Assembly: GCA_034521515.1 (NCBI GenBank)
Contig: JAXHMH010000002.1
Coordinates: forward strand, 88,379 to 152,378
Reading direction: 5' to 3'
Length of the DNA stretch: 64,000 nucleotides
DNA from: Candidatus Saccharimonadota bacterium
GTDB taxonomy: Bacteria > Patescibacteriota > Saccharimonadia > Saccharimonadales > JAXHMH01
Each line of letters starts with the position of its first letter. Positions within the stretch are counted from its first letter, which is position 1. Below the pieces are notes generated by a model. That model was not told where the DNA came from and ran no database searches. It saw only the letters and a list, made by a program, of their open reading frames with translations. A program made the position numbers and the translations under genes. This document shows positions 53,964-64,000 of this stretch, piece by piece.

Positions 53964-54830
53964 CTACTGGCTGGTTAATGTTTTAACGATACGTCGTAAA
54001 TCATCGTCGTTTTTAAAGTGAATCTCCAGCCTGCCGCCTTTGGCGGTATGTTTGAGCGTTACATCGGTTTTAAGTTTACTGCCAATCCGTTTTGTCTCCG
54101 GTGTGGTTGTAGAAACGCGCTTTACGGCCGCTTTCTGTGAACCGGCACTATTGCGGCTGCCCACAACATACTGCTCAGCCTGACGCACCGACCAACCATT
54201 TTTTAAAATCAGCTCTAGCAATTTCTGTTGTTTTACCGTGTCGGGCTTAAGTGCCAAAATTGCACGGGCATGACCTTCAGTAATTTTTTGTTGAGCCAAC
54301 GCATCGCGCGCTTTTTCAGGCAACTGTAACAGTCGCACAATATTATTTATGGTGGTAGCAGCTTTACCAAGCCGGCTGGCTATGTCTTTATAGTTCATAT
54401 TGAACTGCTGATGCAGTCTTTCTATCGAGACTGCTTGCTCTAACGGTGACAAATCAACTCTCTGTACATTTTCTATAAGTGCTACTTCTAGCTTCTCAAG
54501 CTCTGCGGCGTTTCTAATAACTGCTGGCACCCTGTCCAGCCCAGCAAGTTTAGCAGCTCGCCAGCGTCGTTCACCGGCAACTATTGAATACTTATTGTGT
54601 TCAATAGGGGTTACTATCAGAGGCTGCACAATACCGTAACGTTTTATTGAATCTGCTAACTCTTCTAGTGCAGTCTCGTCAAAATGTGATCGCGGCTGAT
54701 TTTTGTCCGGCGAAATATCAGCAATGAGTATATTTTGTATTCGTTCGCCTTCATTTATAAGGTTCTGGGTATCCAGACCTTTTGGTATAAGCGAATCGAA
54801 TCCACGGCCTAATCCGGTTTTAGCGCTCAT
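53964..54830 (-). CDS. parB: chromosome partitioning protein ParB
   Basis: GLGRGFDSLIP and GERRWRAAKLAG motifs. ATG 54830 overlaps the parA stop (ATGA). Confidence 0.9.
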   Translation of the reverse strand: MSAKTGLGRGFDSLIPKGLDTQNLINEGERIQNILIADISPDKNQPRSHFDETALEELADSIKRYGIVQPLIVTPIEHNKYSIVAGERRWRAAKLAGLDRVPAVIRNAAELEKLEVALIENVQRVDLSPLEQAVSIERLHQQFNMNYKDIASRLGKAATTINNIVRLLQLPEKARDALAQQKITEGHARAILALKPDTVKQQKLLELILKNGWSVRQAEQYVVGSRNSAGSQKAAVKRVSTTTPETKRIGSKLKTDVTLKHTAKGGRLEIHFKNDDDLRRIVKTLTSQ

Positions 54831-55588
54831 GCTACTGCCCTTTTTATTATTTCTTTTGTAAGCTGCTTGTAAGCACGAGCCCCGCGTGACCATTTATCAT
54901 GATCGGCAATTGTTTTGCCATAACTTGGTGCTTCAGCTAAACGGACATTTCTCGGAACCACTGTACTTAAAACTTTATCTCCAAAATGCTTTTTTAGTTC
55001 AGCTTCAACTTGACCGGACAAACTCGTACGTGCATCATACATTGTGAGCACCACACCAAGTATTGAAAGATTATGATTTAGCCCATGCCTTACTTGGTCT
55101 ATAACGCTAAGCAACTGGCTTAAACCTTCCAACGCATAATACTCGGCTTGAACCGGAATCAATACACTATCGGCAGCAGTTAACGCATTGACCGTAAGTA
55201 ACCCAAGCGATGGCGGACAATCTATCAATATATAATCATGGCTACATTTTTCGATTGCTCGTTTTAATAATGTCTCGCGGCTCAGCGTACCGACCATATC
55301 AACTTCTGCTGCAGCTAAGTTCGCGTTACTCGGCAGTACAAACAACCCATCGGTTTCAGTCTCAAGTATGGTTGACGCGGCATCCGCATTATCAAACAAT
55401 ACATCATATAAGGTTGAGCCGAGCGAATGTTTATCCAAGCCAAGTCCACTTGTAGCATTACCTTGAGGATCAGCGTCAACCACCAAAACTGTCTTGCCAG
55501 CTTTAGCTAGATAAGCCGCGACATTAATAGCCGTCGTAGTCTTGCCGACTCCACCCTTCTGGTTAATAACCGCAATAGTATGACTCAT
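54827..55588 (-). CDS. parA: chromosome partitioning ATPase ParA/Soj
   Basis: Deviant Walker A NQKGGVGKTTT. Confidence 0.92.
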   Translation of the reverse strand: MSHTIAVINQKGGVGKTTTAINVAAYLAKAGKTVLVVDADPQGNATSGLGLDKHSLGSTLYDVLFDNADAASTILETETDGLFVLPSNANLAAAEVDMVGTLSRETLLKRAIEKCSHDYILIDCPPSLGLLTVNALTAADSVLIPVQAEYYALEGLSQLLSVIDQVRHGLNHNLSILGVVLTMYDARTSLSGQVEAELKKHFGDKVLSTVVPRNVRLAEAPSYGKTIADHDKWSRGARAYKQLTKEIIKRAVA

Positions 55589-55808
55589 GTATATGTTGTA
55601 CCCCTATTACATCTAGATTACCACTATTACCTCACCCAGTAAACGCCGTAAAAATATCATTTTAGACCGTTTTTAAATGATTAGCTATTGGTCTCACGCC
55701 AAAAAACCGCACGTCGTAAAATACTACATACTCTCATCAACTACCGCATATATGTCAACATATTGACATATTTTGTTAAACTAGCCGTATAATACTAGCC
55801 TTTTTAGG

Positions 55809-56552
55809 TTATTCTATTGTTTCCAGAAAGTCTTTCCATTTGTCCTCTGGGATCTCACGCTGGGAGTGGGCGAAGATCAATATCCCTTCCCTGACCATGA
55901 TTGCTGTCTGTGGGCCGTTGGTACTTTTCCCGACAAAGGCCATCCCGTCAGATAGTTCAATTTGCTCAGTTGCAAAGATATCGCCCGCTAACTTCTTGAG
56001 GCCTTCTTGCGGGTTAGTAGAGAAGTTTTCTGGCATTTCTTGCTGGCTAACAGTTACAGCGACGTCGTCAACTCTACTCGTAAAGCTCGCCACCTTCTTG
56101 TCGCTATCATAGCGGAGCCCACTTAGCACTGCGCCGCTATCGCTTGGTGGTAGTAGAGTTGCAAACGGTGGAACTTGAGCGCTATCAGATAACACACCAC
56201 CCTGTTGCTCTTCTACTTCTGTGCCATTTCTCGTCAGAGACAACGCCACTGCTCCTACTAAGACTAGGGCTACTACCCCTGTACCAGCTGTCGCCAACTT
56301 GATTTGCTTGCGGTTTAGCCGAGGAGGCCTCAACTTCGGTAGGGTCTTAGGAAAAAACTGCTTTATTATTGACTCTTTTTTACCGCCCGGCTTGGGTGGT
56401 GCGACAGCTTGGGCATCTTTAGCTAACCGGCTGCGGATGTAATCGTAGGTCTCCGGTTTTGCTGGTGCGTTTTGTTCAACTCCGGCACGCTGCTGTAGCG
56501 CTCGCAACTCGGGGTCGTCGTCTAGCCAAAAATCGTCTTTGTTGTTACCCAT
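55809..56552 (-). CDS. single-pass membrane protein, unknown C-terminal domain, immediately downstream of the giant gene
   Basis: Cytoplasmic N-terminus, TM ATAGTGVVALVLVGAVALSL, and a ~130-aa extracytoplasmic domain. Confidence 0.55.
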   Translation of the reverse strand: MGNNKDDFWLDDDPELRALQQRAGVEQNAPAKPETYDYIRSRLAKDAQAVAPPKPGGKKESIIKQFFPKTLPKLRPPRLNRKQIKLATAGTGVVALVLVGAVALSLTRNGTEVEEQQGGVLSDSAQVPPFATLLPPSDSGAVLSGLRYDSDKKVASFTSRVDDVAVTVSQQEMPENFSTNPQEGLKKLAGDIFATEQIELSDGMAFVGKSTNGPQTAIMVREGILIFAHSQREIPEDKWKDFLETIE

Positions 56553-56591
56553 ATTTATTCCAAGCTTACCATAAAACCGCTTAATCGTGCT

Positions 56592-59500
56592 CTAGAATGG
56601 CGTATCCAGCGGCTGTTGCTCACCGCCAGTAAACGTTTTGCCGTGCCGTAAACGTTTAGACGGGTCAGATGTAAAGAATAGTGACAAGTCGTTTAGTGTA
56701 GGACCCCTGGTTACATCGTCTGGGTAACCGTATGTCTGCGAGCTATCTATGGTGATCGTAAAGTAAAAATATCTAGCAAAGTCAGTATCCGTACCCGTAC
56801 CGTCTAGCGGAACAAAATCTTCCGGATTGCCAAGTGTCACATCACCAAAATCAGTAGCAACACCCCAACTGTTATTGCTCGCTGTCGATGAACGATAGAT
56901 AGTTTGCCAACGAGCACCAATCGAGTTATCAACTCCGTTCATGAGCCATTTAGTCGGAAAAACATTGGTGTCTGTGTCTATCAACCGCGAATACCGTGCC
57001 ACCTGTGGTTGTGATTGCAAAGTAGCCGTGTAGTGCTGATTAGACGACAGGATAGTTGTGCCTGAGCTCGAAACTTCTCCGTCAATAGTAATGGAATCAA
57101 TCCCAAAATCGTTATGCCAAATATCGCCCGTACTACCGAGTGTAACAAGCAGGCGCAACTCCGTGGAGCTATCGCTAACGACGGAGGACAGGTCAAACGA
57201 TTCCTGATTCCACTGCTGTGTCCCACCAGTAGCAACATCCGGGCCACCCGACCCATACGTGGCCTGTGTTGTCCAGCCTCCACCATTTTCATTTGTTTGT
57301 ATCTGCACAGTTGCTAGGTTGCTATTGCCACGCTGGTTCCAATAGAATTCAATGTCCCAGTTGTGTGTTTCCGCATTGAGTGTCTTATTAAAGGTCATAT
57401 GAAAAGTATCCCCGCCTGCAGCTGGAGATGAAGCCTCTGTGTATACATAACCGTCAGGATTACCTCCTTGTCCTGAAGTCGGACCAACATCCACGGACGG
57501 AGTATCGTTGGTATCATGCGACCATGCTCGGTTAGTGCCTGATGAGTTTAAACCGTCGGTTCCATTATCAGAAACAAACGTCCATGCACCTTCGTCACCG
57601 TCGTTGTCTGCATCAAATGTGTATGTACCGTATGTCACGCTCTGTTGTATACAACCGCCTCCTAACATGTATAGCTTCCCTTCATCATAGGTGACTGCAG
57701 AACCGTAGCGTTCACCCTCATACTCAACGTTAGTTTGATACCATTCACCGATACCCGTCGGCTCATTGCCTGTCGCTATAGTAGTATTTGCACTAATAGG
57801 TGACACATAGGTGTTGTTTGTGCAGACATTTGCACTGGAGCGCCCGCCAACGATATACATAAATCCGTTAGCTGCAAACCCGTCTGCGCCGCTCACCGCT
57901 TGCGTTAAGTTTGTAGTAAACGACCAAGGATCAAGCGTCCCATCCGCGTTTATTTGCGTATATTGCACATCACTAAAATAGTTCGTACCATCATCCCCGC
58001 CTATAATGTATAAGTTATTCGCGTACGCGATGGTTGTAAGACCACTTCTAGCTACATCAAACGTATTTGCTTCGGTTGTCCATGTGCTTGCGATGTCACC
58101 GCCACTATTAAGCTGGGGCGAAACATAAACTGAGTCGCTTGCATTTCCAGTATTGTCTATACCGCCAGTAATATACAGACGATTATTCCATTGGGCAGCA
58201 CCAAGCTGTGAACGTGCGCCAGGCAAGCCATTTGTAGCAGCAGACCACGATGATATATCACCAGATGAAGGAGTGGCATAATACACCGATGATTGTGGAT
58301 CTCCAAGTGAGTCTATCTCCTCTGGGGAGGAGTAATACGTATTAGAGATTGGACGATCTTGGACATTCCCAGGTCGAGTCCAGCCAATTGATATATTGTC
58401 TCCGACACTACCCTCTTTGTAGTTTGCTTCAATATAATAAGGCACGCCGGCTGTTAGAGTTACTGGCGAAGATTCTTGGGATCCATACTTAGTCCATTCA
58501 TTCGGGTTTGTCCAGCCGGTAACAGACGCAATTACGCTAACATTGTCGGGGTTTAAATCCGTACTTAACCGTAATTCAGAACTATCGTCACTAGCTATCC
58601 AAAACGTATAATCGCCTGTGGTAGGCGGACATATAATTGCAGACAGCCGTCCGCCGAAATTATCTGCGATATTTGTCGGTCCCGCCAGATCGGAGCCGCT
58701 TAGCGTTTGTGTAGAATCTGGATTATCCGGAAAGCTTGGTTCGTTATACAAATCTGAAACAGCCGTCCCGCCGCCAATATCATTCCAGCGCTCAAATCGA
58801 GAATTTCCCGTGGTATTTCCACTACAGCTATCATCTCTACCGCCAACGTAGTACAGCGACCCCCCTGCCGACTCAAGCTGCCCCCAGGCTCGCCCTTCAG
58901 GTAAAGAACCGGTTGAGTCAGACCAACTCCCTATAGTACCATCCGGGCTAAGTTGGGCATATTGAACGTTATCTGTCGCCGCACTACCAGGGGTAGTACC
59001 ACCCGCTGCGTAAATATAACCACCCAGTACAGTGGCACTAGCTCCTATACGGCTATTAGCGGTAGCAAAATCTCCAGTGGATTCGGTATAGTCAGCAGTT
59101 GCTCCGGAGTTATTATTATAAATTTGGAATGTCTGTAGTGATGGCTCAAAGCTACTACAGCCACCAGGGCTAGCACCAACATTACAGCCACCGATCACGT
59201 AAGCATACGAGTTTGACACAACCATACTAAGACCCCAGCGTTGGTTAATCGTAACTACCGATTTATTGAACGTCCCAATAGAACCGTCACTAACATTGAC
59301 TTTAGCAAACTCGATATCCGGAATAATTGTCCCTCCGCCACCGTCCTCGTATCCTCCAACGGCATATAAGTAGCCGTTGTAGCCAAAGGCGTAGCCGCGC
59401 CGGCGCCCAATAGACAGTGTGTTTGGAGACTCAATCCAGCCAGAACCAGACACCGCCACAACGTCATTATTATCATCAAACTGGGCATATAAGACCGTGT

Positions 59501-62500
59501 CTTTGTCCACTTCTGTATCACTCACACCACCAATCAAGTATATATAGTTTGCATACACCGTACCTGAATGAATACCCAAACCCTGGCTGCCACCAGTGCT
59601 TGGATCGGAGTCCATCTGTAACTGACCAGCGGTCGAACAGCTAGCAATAGCACCACCTGTTTGAATATTGCATTTATATATACCGGTGCTGTACGTCGTG
59701 CAACCCGCCTGCGTGCTGTCTGTGCACCCCCCAAAGATAAATAGATTGCCCGGATTAGAGCCAGCTGAATCTGGGTTAGCCCTTGCATATGCGAAAGTAT
59801 ACGAAACATTCGCAGCCCCAGTACCAGTTAACGATTGAGATGCCCAGGCGCCTGATAAACTCCCGTCATCATTAACCGTGTTTCTAAATATCGTATTAGT
59901 GTTGCCACCGCCATCAAGCCCGCCCACAACGTAAATGCGGCTTTCAAACACTGCCACACCGGCGGCAGCGACACCTGTGGTGCCATTTATCCGGTTTGTG
60001 CTATCGACACACCAAGAACCATATGATGACCCACTGCATGTAGCTGGCTCCCGAAGCGTTCCATCTGGGCCAATAGAGACATATGCTATATTCCCAGATA
60101 CATCACTTGCACCAGGCGTAGATCCGTCACATGTGTAGTCCACGCAGCCGCCAATCACATATAGATACCCGTTAAGGACTACGCTCACGCTCAACATATG
60201 ACCAATCTGCCCCACAGCGTCACCAGGTGGCGGCAAGTCACAATCATACGGGTCACCACCCGTACAATTACCTGAACCGCTCGCTTCTGTAATACTTACT
60301 GTCGAGGCATCACCGTCCTGGTTGATATCACCGTAAATCATAGACGACGCTGCTGTCGTGCAACTCCCATCAACGGTACTCTGCACCATACAGCCTGATA
60401 CGCCATACAATGTATTCCGCCACGATACAAACCCATACCCCTGCCGCGTGTCCGTTACATTTAGGATGGTATTCCAATCCGTCAAACTACCATCAGCATT
60501 GATACTTGCCAGCTGAATATCATCCCGGGTGCTCGTACAGTAACCGCTACCGTTTGTCACCGAGCAACCTCCTGCTATATAAATATAGCCGCCCCATATG
60601 GTACTAAAGTTGCCGCCCCACGCCATGCGCGACGTACCAAATCCGTTGGTCTCTACCCAATCGTTCATTGTGCCATTACTATTGAGTCTTGTGTAATACA
60701 CGCTATCTTGCAGCGTGCCGCTACTATTACCCCCGAGCAGATACATACGGTCGTTATAGACCTCTACTGAGTGGTTATGACGCGCATTCGGCAACGATGT
60801 CATGCCCGCAGAAGTCCAACTACTGAGCGTACCATTAGGGTTAATATCGGCAAATTCAACAGTACTCACGCCACCACTCGCTGCATCTGTCTGACCACCG
60901 AGCAAATATATGCGGTTGTTGTAGGCTTTGGCGGCCGCAAATGTCCGTTCGCTGCTTAGACTAGTGTCCACATACCAGTGTTCCCAGTTATCCGGATCTG
61001 TGTCTGTGGGATGCCACAAGCTAGGCTCGCCATTGGCACCTAACTTTGCAATATAAACAGTGTCGGTGCGGGTATCGCTGCCATCTTGACCACCAAATGC
61101 ATAAAGAAAACCGTTATACGCGACGACTGATAATGCAGACCTTGGAGCTGGCAAGTTATATGCCGGATCGGTACACCACCCACTGCAAGCTCCTTCACCA
61201 GGATTTGGACTTTCTACTATACCTGTAACTGGATTGAATTTGGCCCAATAGACATTAGATTCACTTGCGCCTGTACTTACGCCTGATGAATATTGAATAA
61301 CGACTAAGCCAGATTCACCATCACTACCAGTGCTGCCAGACCCACCGCCTGACCCACCTATACCTGAGCCGTCCTGCAAAGCGTCACCATTATTTCCTGG
61401 AGTAGTACCACTACCAGCCGTATTGGTAGTACTTGAACCAGTAGTGTAGCTAGAGCCACCACCGCCACCACCGCCACCAGCATCTCCACTTGCAGATGCT
61501 GATCCACCGCCGCCTCCATATCGCCCGGAACCGCCGCCGCCGCCGCCAGCAACTCCAAGCCCAATATCAGCAAGACCGCCATCACCACCACTTGTTACAC
61601 CACCATTTCCTGTGCTTCCGTCATCACCTTGACCAGTACGCCCATCAGCGCCATCACCACCTGTCTCACTACTTCCAGCAGATCCGTCATTAAGCCCCCC
61701 TGTCCCGGCACTACCACCAGATGACGGGGTGCCGCCGCCACCACCACCAGCAGATGAAGAGTTGCCACCACCTATACCATTTGTGCCTCCTCCGGCGCCT
61801 CCGTTACCCCCAGCCGTACCAGAGGAGTTATCGCCACCACCACCGCCGGCGCCACCAGCACCGATAATCAGAGGAGTGGAACTCCGATATACACCACTAT
61901 AACCACCGCCACCACCACCATCCCCAGAGTAGGTTCTCGCTATGCCGCCGTCACCACCACCACCAACGCGCACATTTAACGTTTCACTGGGGGTTACCGA
62001 AACAGTCGACCTAGCAAAACCACCACCGCCGCCATTACCACCTGCACTTGCGCTACCACCGCCGCCACCGCCACCGCCGCCACCCCATGTGCTAATAGTC
62101 ACTTCTGTAATACCGGTTGGAACCTCGAAATCAAAACTACCAGGGTTGGTATAAGAACTAGCGCTCAGACCGGTTGTTCCTTTGCCACCAATAACATATA
62201 TATAACCACCAGCAACTGCCGTACCAGCCGCCCATCGCTCCTCATCAAGAGGCATGGTGTTTTGCCATTCGTCAAAACGTGCGCCAGTAGTGCTACCTTT
62301 CTGGATAAGCTCGTTGTCTACATTGAAGTCTATGTTTGTTTCATTGTTGCCACGCATCAGCTTACTAGCGGTTTCGATGTATACACTCGGGTCAATACTA
62401 ATTGGGTAGGTTGCAGTTTGGAGTTCGCTGGCGATAATCTTAAGTTCATTGCCACGGAGCTCAAACCGGGCTTGCGCCGGGCTAAGTTCTCGCTTGCCTT

Positions 62501-63332
62501 CTAAAATAAACGGCGCCGGGATACGAAACAATAACTGCTCTTTGTTGGCATTTTCTCTAGCATTTTTTAATAGTTCTGCATCCTTTTCAGAACTTGTGCT
62601 GACTTTACCAAGCAGTGTTGGGTCGGCACCATATACACCGATAGACCCATCATTTTCTAGGCGCATCTGAGTACCTTCCGGCAAACCAACGTCATAATCA
62701 AACGTCATAGTGTCACCCTGGTGGGTATGCAATATGATGTCCTCTTTTATGGCGCTCCCTTTTAATGTATAGACTTTGTGGGCATCCATTCCTTTAAGCG
62801 GATACACCACTTGGTTTACGTCTTTGCGCGGCATCCCGAGGCCAAACTTGGGCGTAAAGGTTATAGATACTTCATTCACCGGGTCGGTAATTGATGTGCC
62901 TTTTTGGGGATCGAGTGGCAAGGTTGCTATGAACTTCGGTGTACCGCTTTGCCCAACAGACGAACCAACAAACGGAGCGTAGCCTTTGTTGTATTCATAC
63001 ACACCGTTTTCTTCGTCCAGCTGGAGTTTCTCGCCATAACTTTCGACGGGGTCATCCAGCAGCGCACGAGCGTTGGCAGCAAGTTCATAGCTAGCGTCTT
63101 GTATGCGTGGGTTGATTAGTCCAAAGAACACGCTGAGCAGTATGAGCAACGCAAGCAATACGTAGCCGATACGTCGCAGTAGTGTGCGCTTCTTAAAGTA
63201 TTGATCTATGCGGTAGATGTCGCGGGGGACTTTTTGCCACATCAACACTCCCACCTCTTTGCGCCAACTGGAAATATGACGAAAGCTGCGGGCAAAAAAC
63301 TTGTTTTGGAACGGATTATTTCTTTTACCCAT
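56592..63332 (-). CDS. giant (2246 aa) membrane-anchored surface protein: glycine-rich domain, multiple Kelch-like repeat blocks, PA14 domain, MAM-like domain
   Basis: N-terminal TM IGYVLLALLILLSVFFGLI. Glycine-rich domain at about 61265-62120, ending GESGLVVIQY. At least 18 Kelch-type strands (YIYVIGG, LYAFGGQDG, IYLLGGQ, MYLLGGN, and so on). PA14 at about 58370-58810 (FERWNDIGGG...GDYTFWIASDDSSELRL...YYIEANYKEG). MAM-like at about 57080-57625 (TFDADNDGDEGAWTF...WHNDFGIDSITIDG). Confidence 0.85.
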   Translation of the reverse strand: MGKRNNPFQNKFFARSFRHISSWRKEVGVLMWQKVPRDIYRIDQYFKKRTLLRRIGYVLLALLILLSVFFGLINPRIQDASYELAANARALLDDPVESYGEKLQLDEENGVYEYNKGYAPFVGSSVGQSGTPKFIATLPLDPQKGTSITDPVNEVSITFTPKFGLGMPRKDVNQVVYPLKGMDAHKVYTLKGSAIKEDIILHTHQGDTMTFDYDVGLPEGTQMRLENDGSIGVYGADPTLLGKVSTSSEKDAELLKNARENANKEQLLFRIPAPFILEGKRELSPAQARFELRGNELKIIASELQTATYPISIDPSVYIETASKLMRGNNETNIDFNVDNELIQKGSTTGARFDEWQNTMPLDEERWAAGTAVAGGYIYVIGGKGTTGLSASSYTNPGSFDFEVPTGITEVTISTWGGGGGGGGGGSASAGGNGGGGGFARSTVSVTPSETLNVRVGGGGDGGIARTYSGDGGGGGGYSGVYRSSTPLIIGAGGAGGGGGDNSSGTAGGNGGAGGGTNGIGGGNSSSAGGGGGGTPSSGGSAGTGGLNDGSAGSSETGGDGADGRTGQGDDGSTGNGGVTSGGDGGLADIGLGVAGGGGGGSGRYGGGGGSASASGDAGGGGGGGGSSYTTGSSTTNTAGSGTTPGNNGDALQDGSGIGGSGGGSGSTGSDGESGLVVIQYSSGVSTGASESNVYWAKFNPVTGIVESPNPGEGACSGWCTDPAYNLPAPRSALSVVAYNGFLYAFGGQDGSDTRTDTVYIAKLGANGEPSLWHPTDTDPDNWEHWYVDTSLSSERTFAAAKAYNNRIYLLGGQTDAASGGVSTVEFADINPNGTLSSWTSAGMTSLPNARHNHSVEVYNDRMYLLGGNSSGTLQDSVYYTRLNSNGTMNDWVETNGFGTSRMAWGGNFSTIWGGYIYIAGGCSVTNGSGYCTSTRDDIQLASINADGSLTDWNTILNVTDTRQGYGFVSWRNTLYGVSGCMVQSTVDGSCTTAASSMIYGDINQDGDASTVSITEASGSGNCTGGDPYDCDLPPPGDAVGQIGHMLSVSVVLNGYLYVIGGCVDYTCDGSTPGASDVSGNIAYVSIGPDGTLREPATCSGSSYGSWCVDSTNRINGTTGVAAAGVAVFESRIYVVGGLDGGGNTNTIFRNTVNDDGSLSGAWASQSLTGTGAANVSYTFAYARANPDSAGSNPGNLFIFGGCTDSTQAGCTTYSTGIYKCNIQTGGAIASCSTAGQLQMDSDPSTGGSQGLGIHSGTVYANYIYLIGGVSDTEVDKDTVLYAQFDDNNDVVAVSGSGWIESPNTLSIGRRRGYAFGYNGYLYAVGGYEDGGGGTIIPDIEFAKVNVSDGSIGTFNKSVVTINQRWGLSMVVSNSYAYVIGGCNVGASPGGCSSFEPSLQTFQIYNNNSGATADYTESTGDFATANSRIGASATVLGGYIYAAGGTTPGSAATDNVQYAQLSPDGTIGSWSDSTGSLPEGRAWGQLESAGGSLYYVGGRDDSCSGNTTGNSRFERWNDIGGGTAVSDLYNEPSFPDNPDSTQTLSGSDLAGPTNIADNFGGRLSAIICPPTTGDYTFWIASDDSSELRLSTDLNPDNVSVIASVTGWTNPNEWTKYGSQESSPVTLTAGVPYYIEANYKEGSVGDNISIGWTRPGNVQDRPISNTYYSSPEEIDSLGDPQSSVYYATPSSGDISSWSAATNGLPGARSQLGAAQWNNRLYITGGIDNTGNASDSVYVSPQLNSGGDIASTWTTEANTFDVARSGLTTIAYANNLYIIGGDDGTNYFSDVQYTQINADGTLDPWSFTTNLTQAVSGADGFAANGFMYIVGGRSSANVCTNNTYVSPISANTTIATGNEPTGIGEWYQTNVEYEGERYGSAVTYDEGKLYMLGGGCIQQSVTYGTYTFDADNDGDEGAWTFVSDNGTDGLNSSGTNRAWSHDTNDTPSVDVGPTSGQGGNPDGYVYTEASSPAAGGDTFHMTFNKTLNAETHNWDIEFYWNQRGNSNLATVQIQTNENGGGWTTQATYGSGGPDVATGGTQQWNQESFDLSSVVSDSSTELRLLVTLGSTGDIWHNDFGIDSITIDGEVSSSGTTILSSNQHYTATLQSQPQVARYSRLIDTDTNVFPTKWLMNGVDNSIGARWQTIYRSSTASNNSWGVATDFGDVTLGNPEDFVPLDGTGTDTDFARYFYFTITIDSSQTYGYPDDVTRGPTLNDLSLFFTSDPSKRLRHGKTFTGGEQQPLDTPF

Positions 63333-63423
63333 ATACCTACACTCGCACCGTTGTTTTGGCGTTTCTCCTAACGCTTAGTATTGTACCAATTTATCTCTAG
63401 TGATGAAACTGTTCACAGTAGGA

Positions 63424-64000
63424 TTACTGACCATTAGTTGTGAAGTTCAGCTCGCCGACAAATACATTAGCGTTGCTTTGTGCTTTCACGTTTATCTTGA
63501 AGATAACGAAGTTGTTAGCTGACGAGGTGGAGAAGCCACAGCCGTCGGCCTCGTTACCACTGATACCGACCGTCTGCCATGTGTTTGCGGTTGTAGTAAC
63601 GGTGGTTTCAGTACCACATTGGTTAATCGTGCCGCCTTCGTTGCGGAACATTTCGTAGGTGACTTTGCCGTTACTAACGTTATCTGTACGAGCCGTCAGC
63701 GTAATCGTATCGTTACTCGCAAATTGTTTGAAGGCGGTTGGTAACTGGTAGGTAATGTAGATACTGTATTCTTGCTCTGTTATCTGTGGAGATGTCCATT
63801 GGTAGAAGTTACGGGCTTCGCCGCTGTCACACATTGTTGTGTTTACGCTGAGGCCGCCGCCGTTACCACAGAAGTCTGCTGTCATCGTACCTACGCCCGT
63901 GCCGTTTAGGACAGCACCTGGGAATTCTGGCAATAGGTTGACGTAGTTGTCTGGAGGTGATCCACAAGCACCCCAACCATCAGCCTCGTAACACTGAATG
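63424..64000 (-). CDS. secreted/surface protein fragment (5' end beyond the window)
   Basis: The frame stays open to the window edge upstream of the track Met at 63933. Cys-, Thr- and Asn-rich beta-type sequence. Confidence 0.5.
   Translation of the reverse strand, partial: IQCYEADGWGACGSPPDNYVNLLPEFPGAVLNGTGVGTMTADFCGNGGGLSVNTTMCDSGEARNFYQWTSPQITEQEYSIYITYQLPTAFKQFASNDTITLTARTDNVSNGKVTYEMFRNEGGTINQCGTETTVTTTANTWQTVGISGNEADGCGFSTSSANNFVIFKINVKAQSNANVFVGELNFTTNGQ

Noticed and set aside
1-64000. Search for CRISPR arrays, cas genes, transposases, integrases, tRNA or rRNA genes, and known defence-system enzymes
   Set aside because: I found no regularly spaced direct repeats and no T-arm or anticodon-arm patterns outside coding sequence. 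No ORF has recognisable transposase, integrase, RT or Cas signatures. The only nuclease-like accessory gene is the PD-(D/E)XK protein at 30825..31619.

Overview
Gene-dense bacterial window, mostly minus-strand housekeeping genes: glyQS, recO, xseA/xseB, rpmA, pyrG, an S41 peptidase, M23 peptidase-ftsX-ftsE, prfB, secA, hpf, serS, class I lysyl-tRNA synthetase, greA, proS, rseP, uppS, frr, tsf, rpsB, rpmE, prfA, prmC, htrA, an LCP enzyme, lepB and parB/parA. By inference only, the content suggests a reduced-genome, Gram-positive-type episymbiont of the CPR/Saccharibacteria kind: class I LysRS, a short ProRS, an LCP wall-ligase, no pyrH or cdsA in the rpsB-tsf-frr-uppS cluster, many leaderless TATAAT-N6-ATG starts, and a 2246-aa surface protein. 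I saw no rRNA, tRNA, CRISPR array, transposase, integrase or reverse transcriptase. Things that deserve a second look: (1) a ~615-nt ORF-free tract (17796-18410) packed with nested hairpins, a candidate large unclassified structured RNA. (2) Two copies of a ~170-190-nt structured element with a shared core. One is exactly 63 codons long and in frame inside a methyltransferase gene. The other forms the rpmA leader and pairs with its Shine-Dalgarno. (3) Degenerate 7-8-nt-period tandem arrays, often as inverted pairs, in both intergenic and coding DNA, including a G-quadruplex-prone array next to rpmE and non-triplet repeats inside prmC. (4) A circularly permuted M23 peptidase next to ftsEX. (5) A kinase/receiver pair in which both phospho-acceptor positions read Glu, translationally coupled to recO. 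(6) A small regulator gene bracketed by inverted repeats that carry a 30-bp palindrome. (7) A small leaderless coiled-coil protein family, with one copy wedged between prfA and prmC. (8) Giant and frameshifted surface proteins that share a glycine-rich domain. Several reading-frame breaks sit at homopolymers, so indel errors in the assembly are a real possibility. All calls come from reading the sequence and ORF translations by eye. No database search was run.
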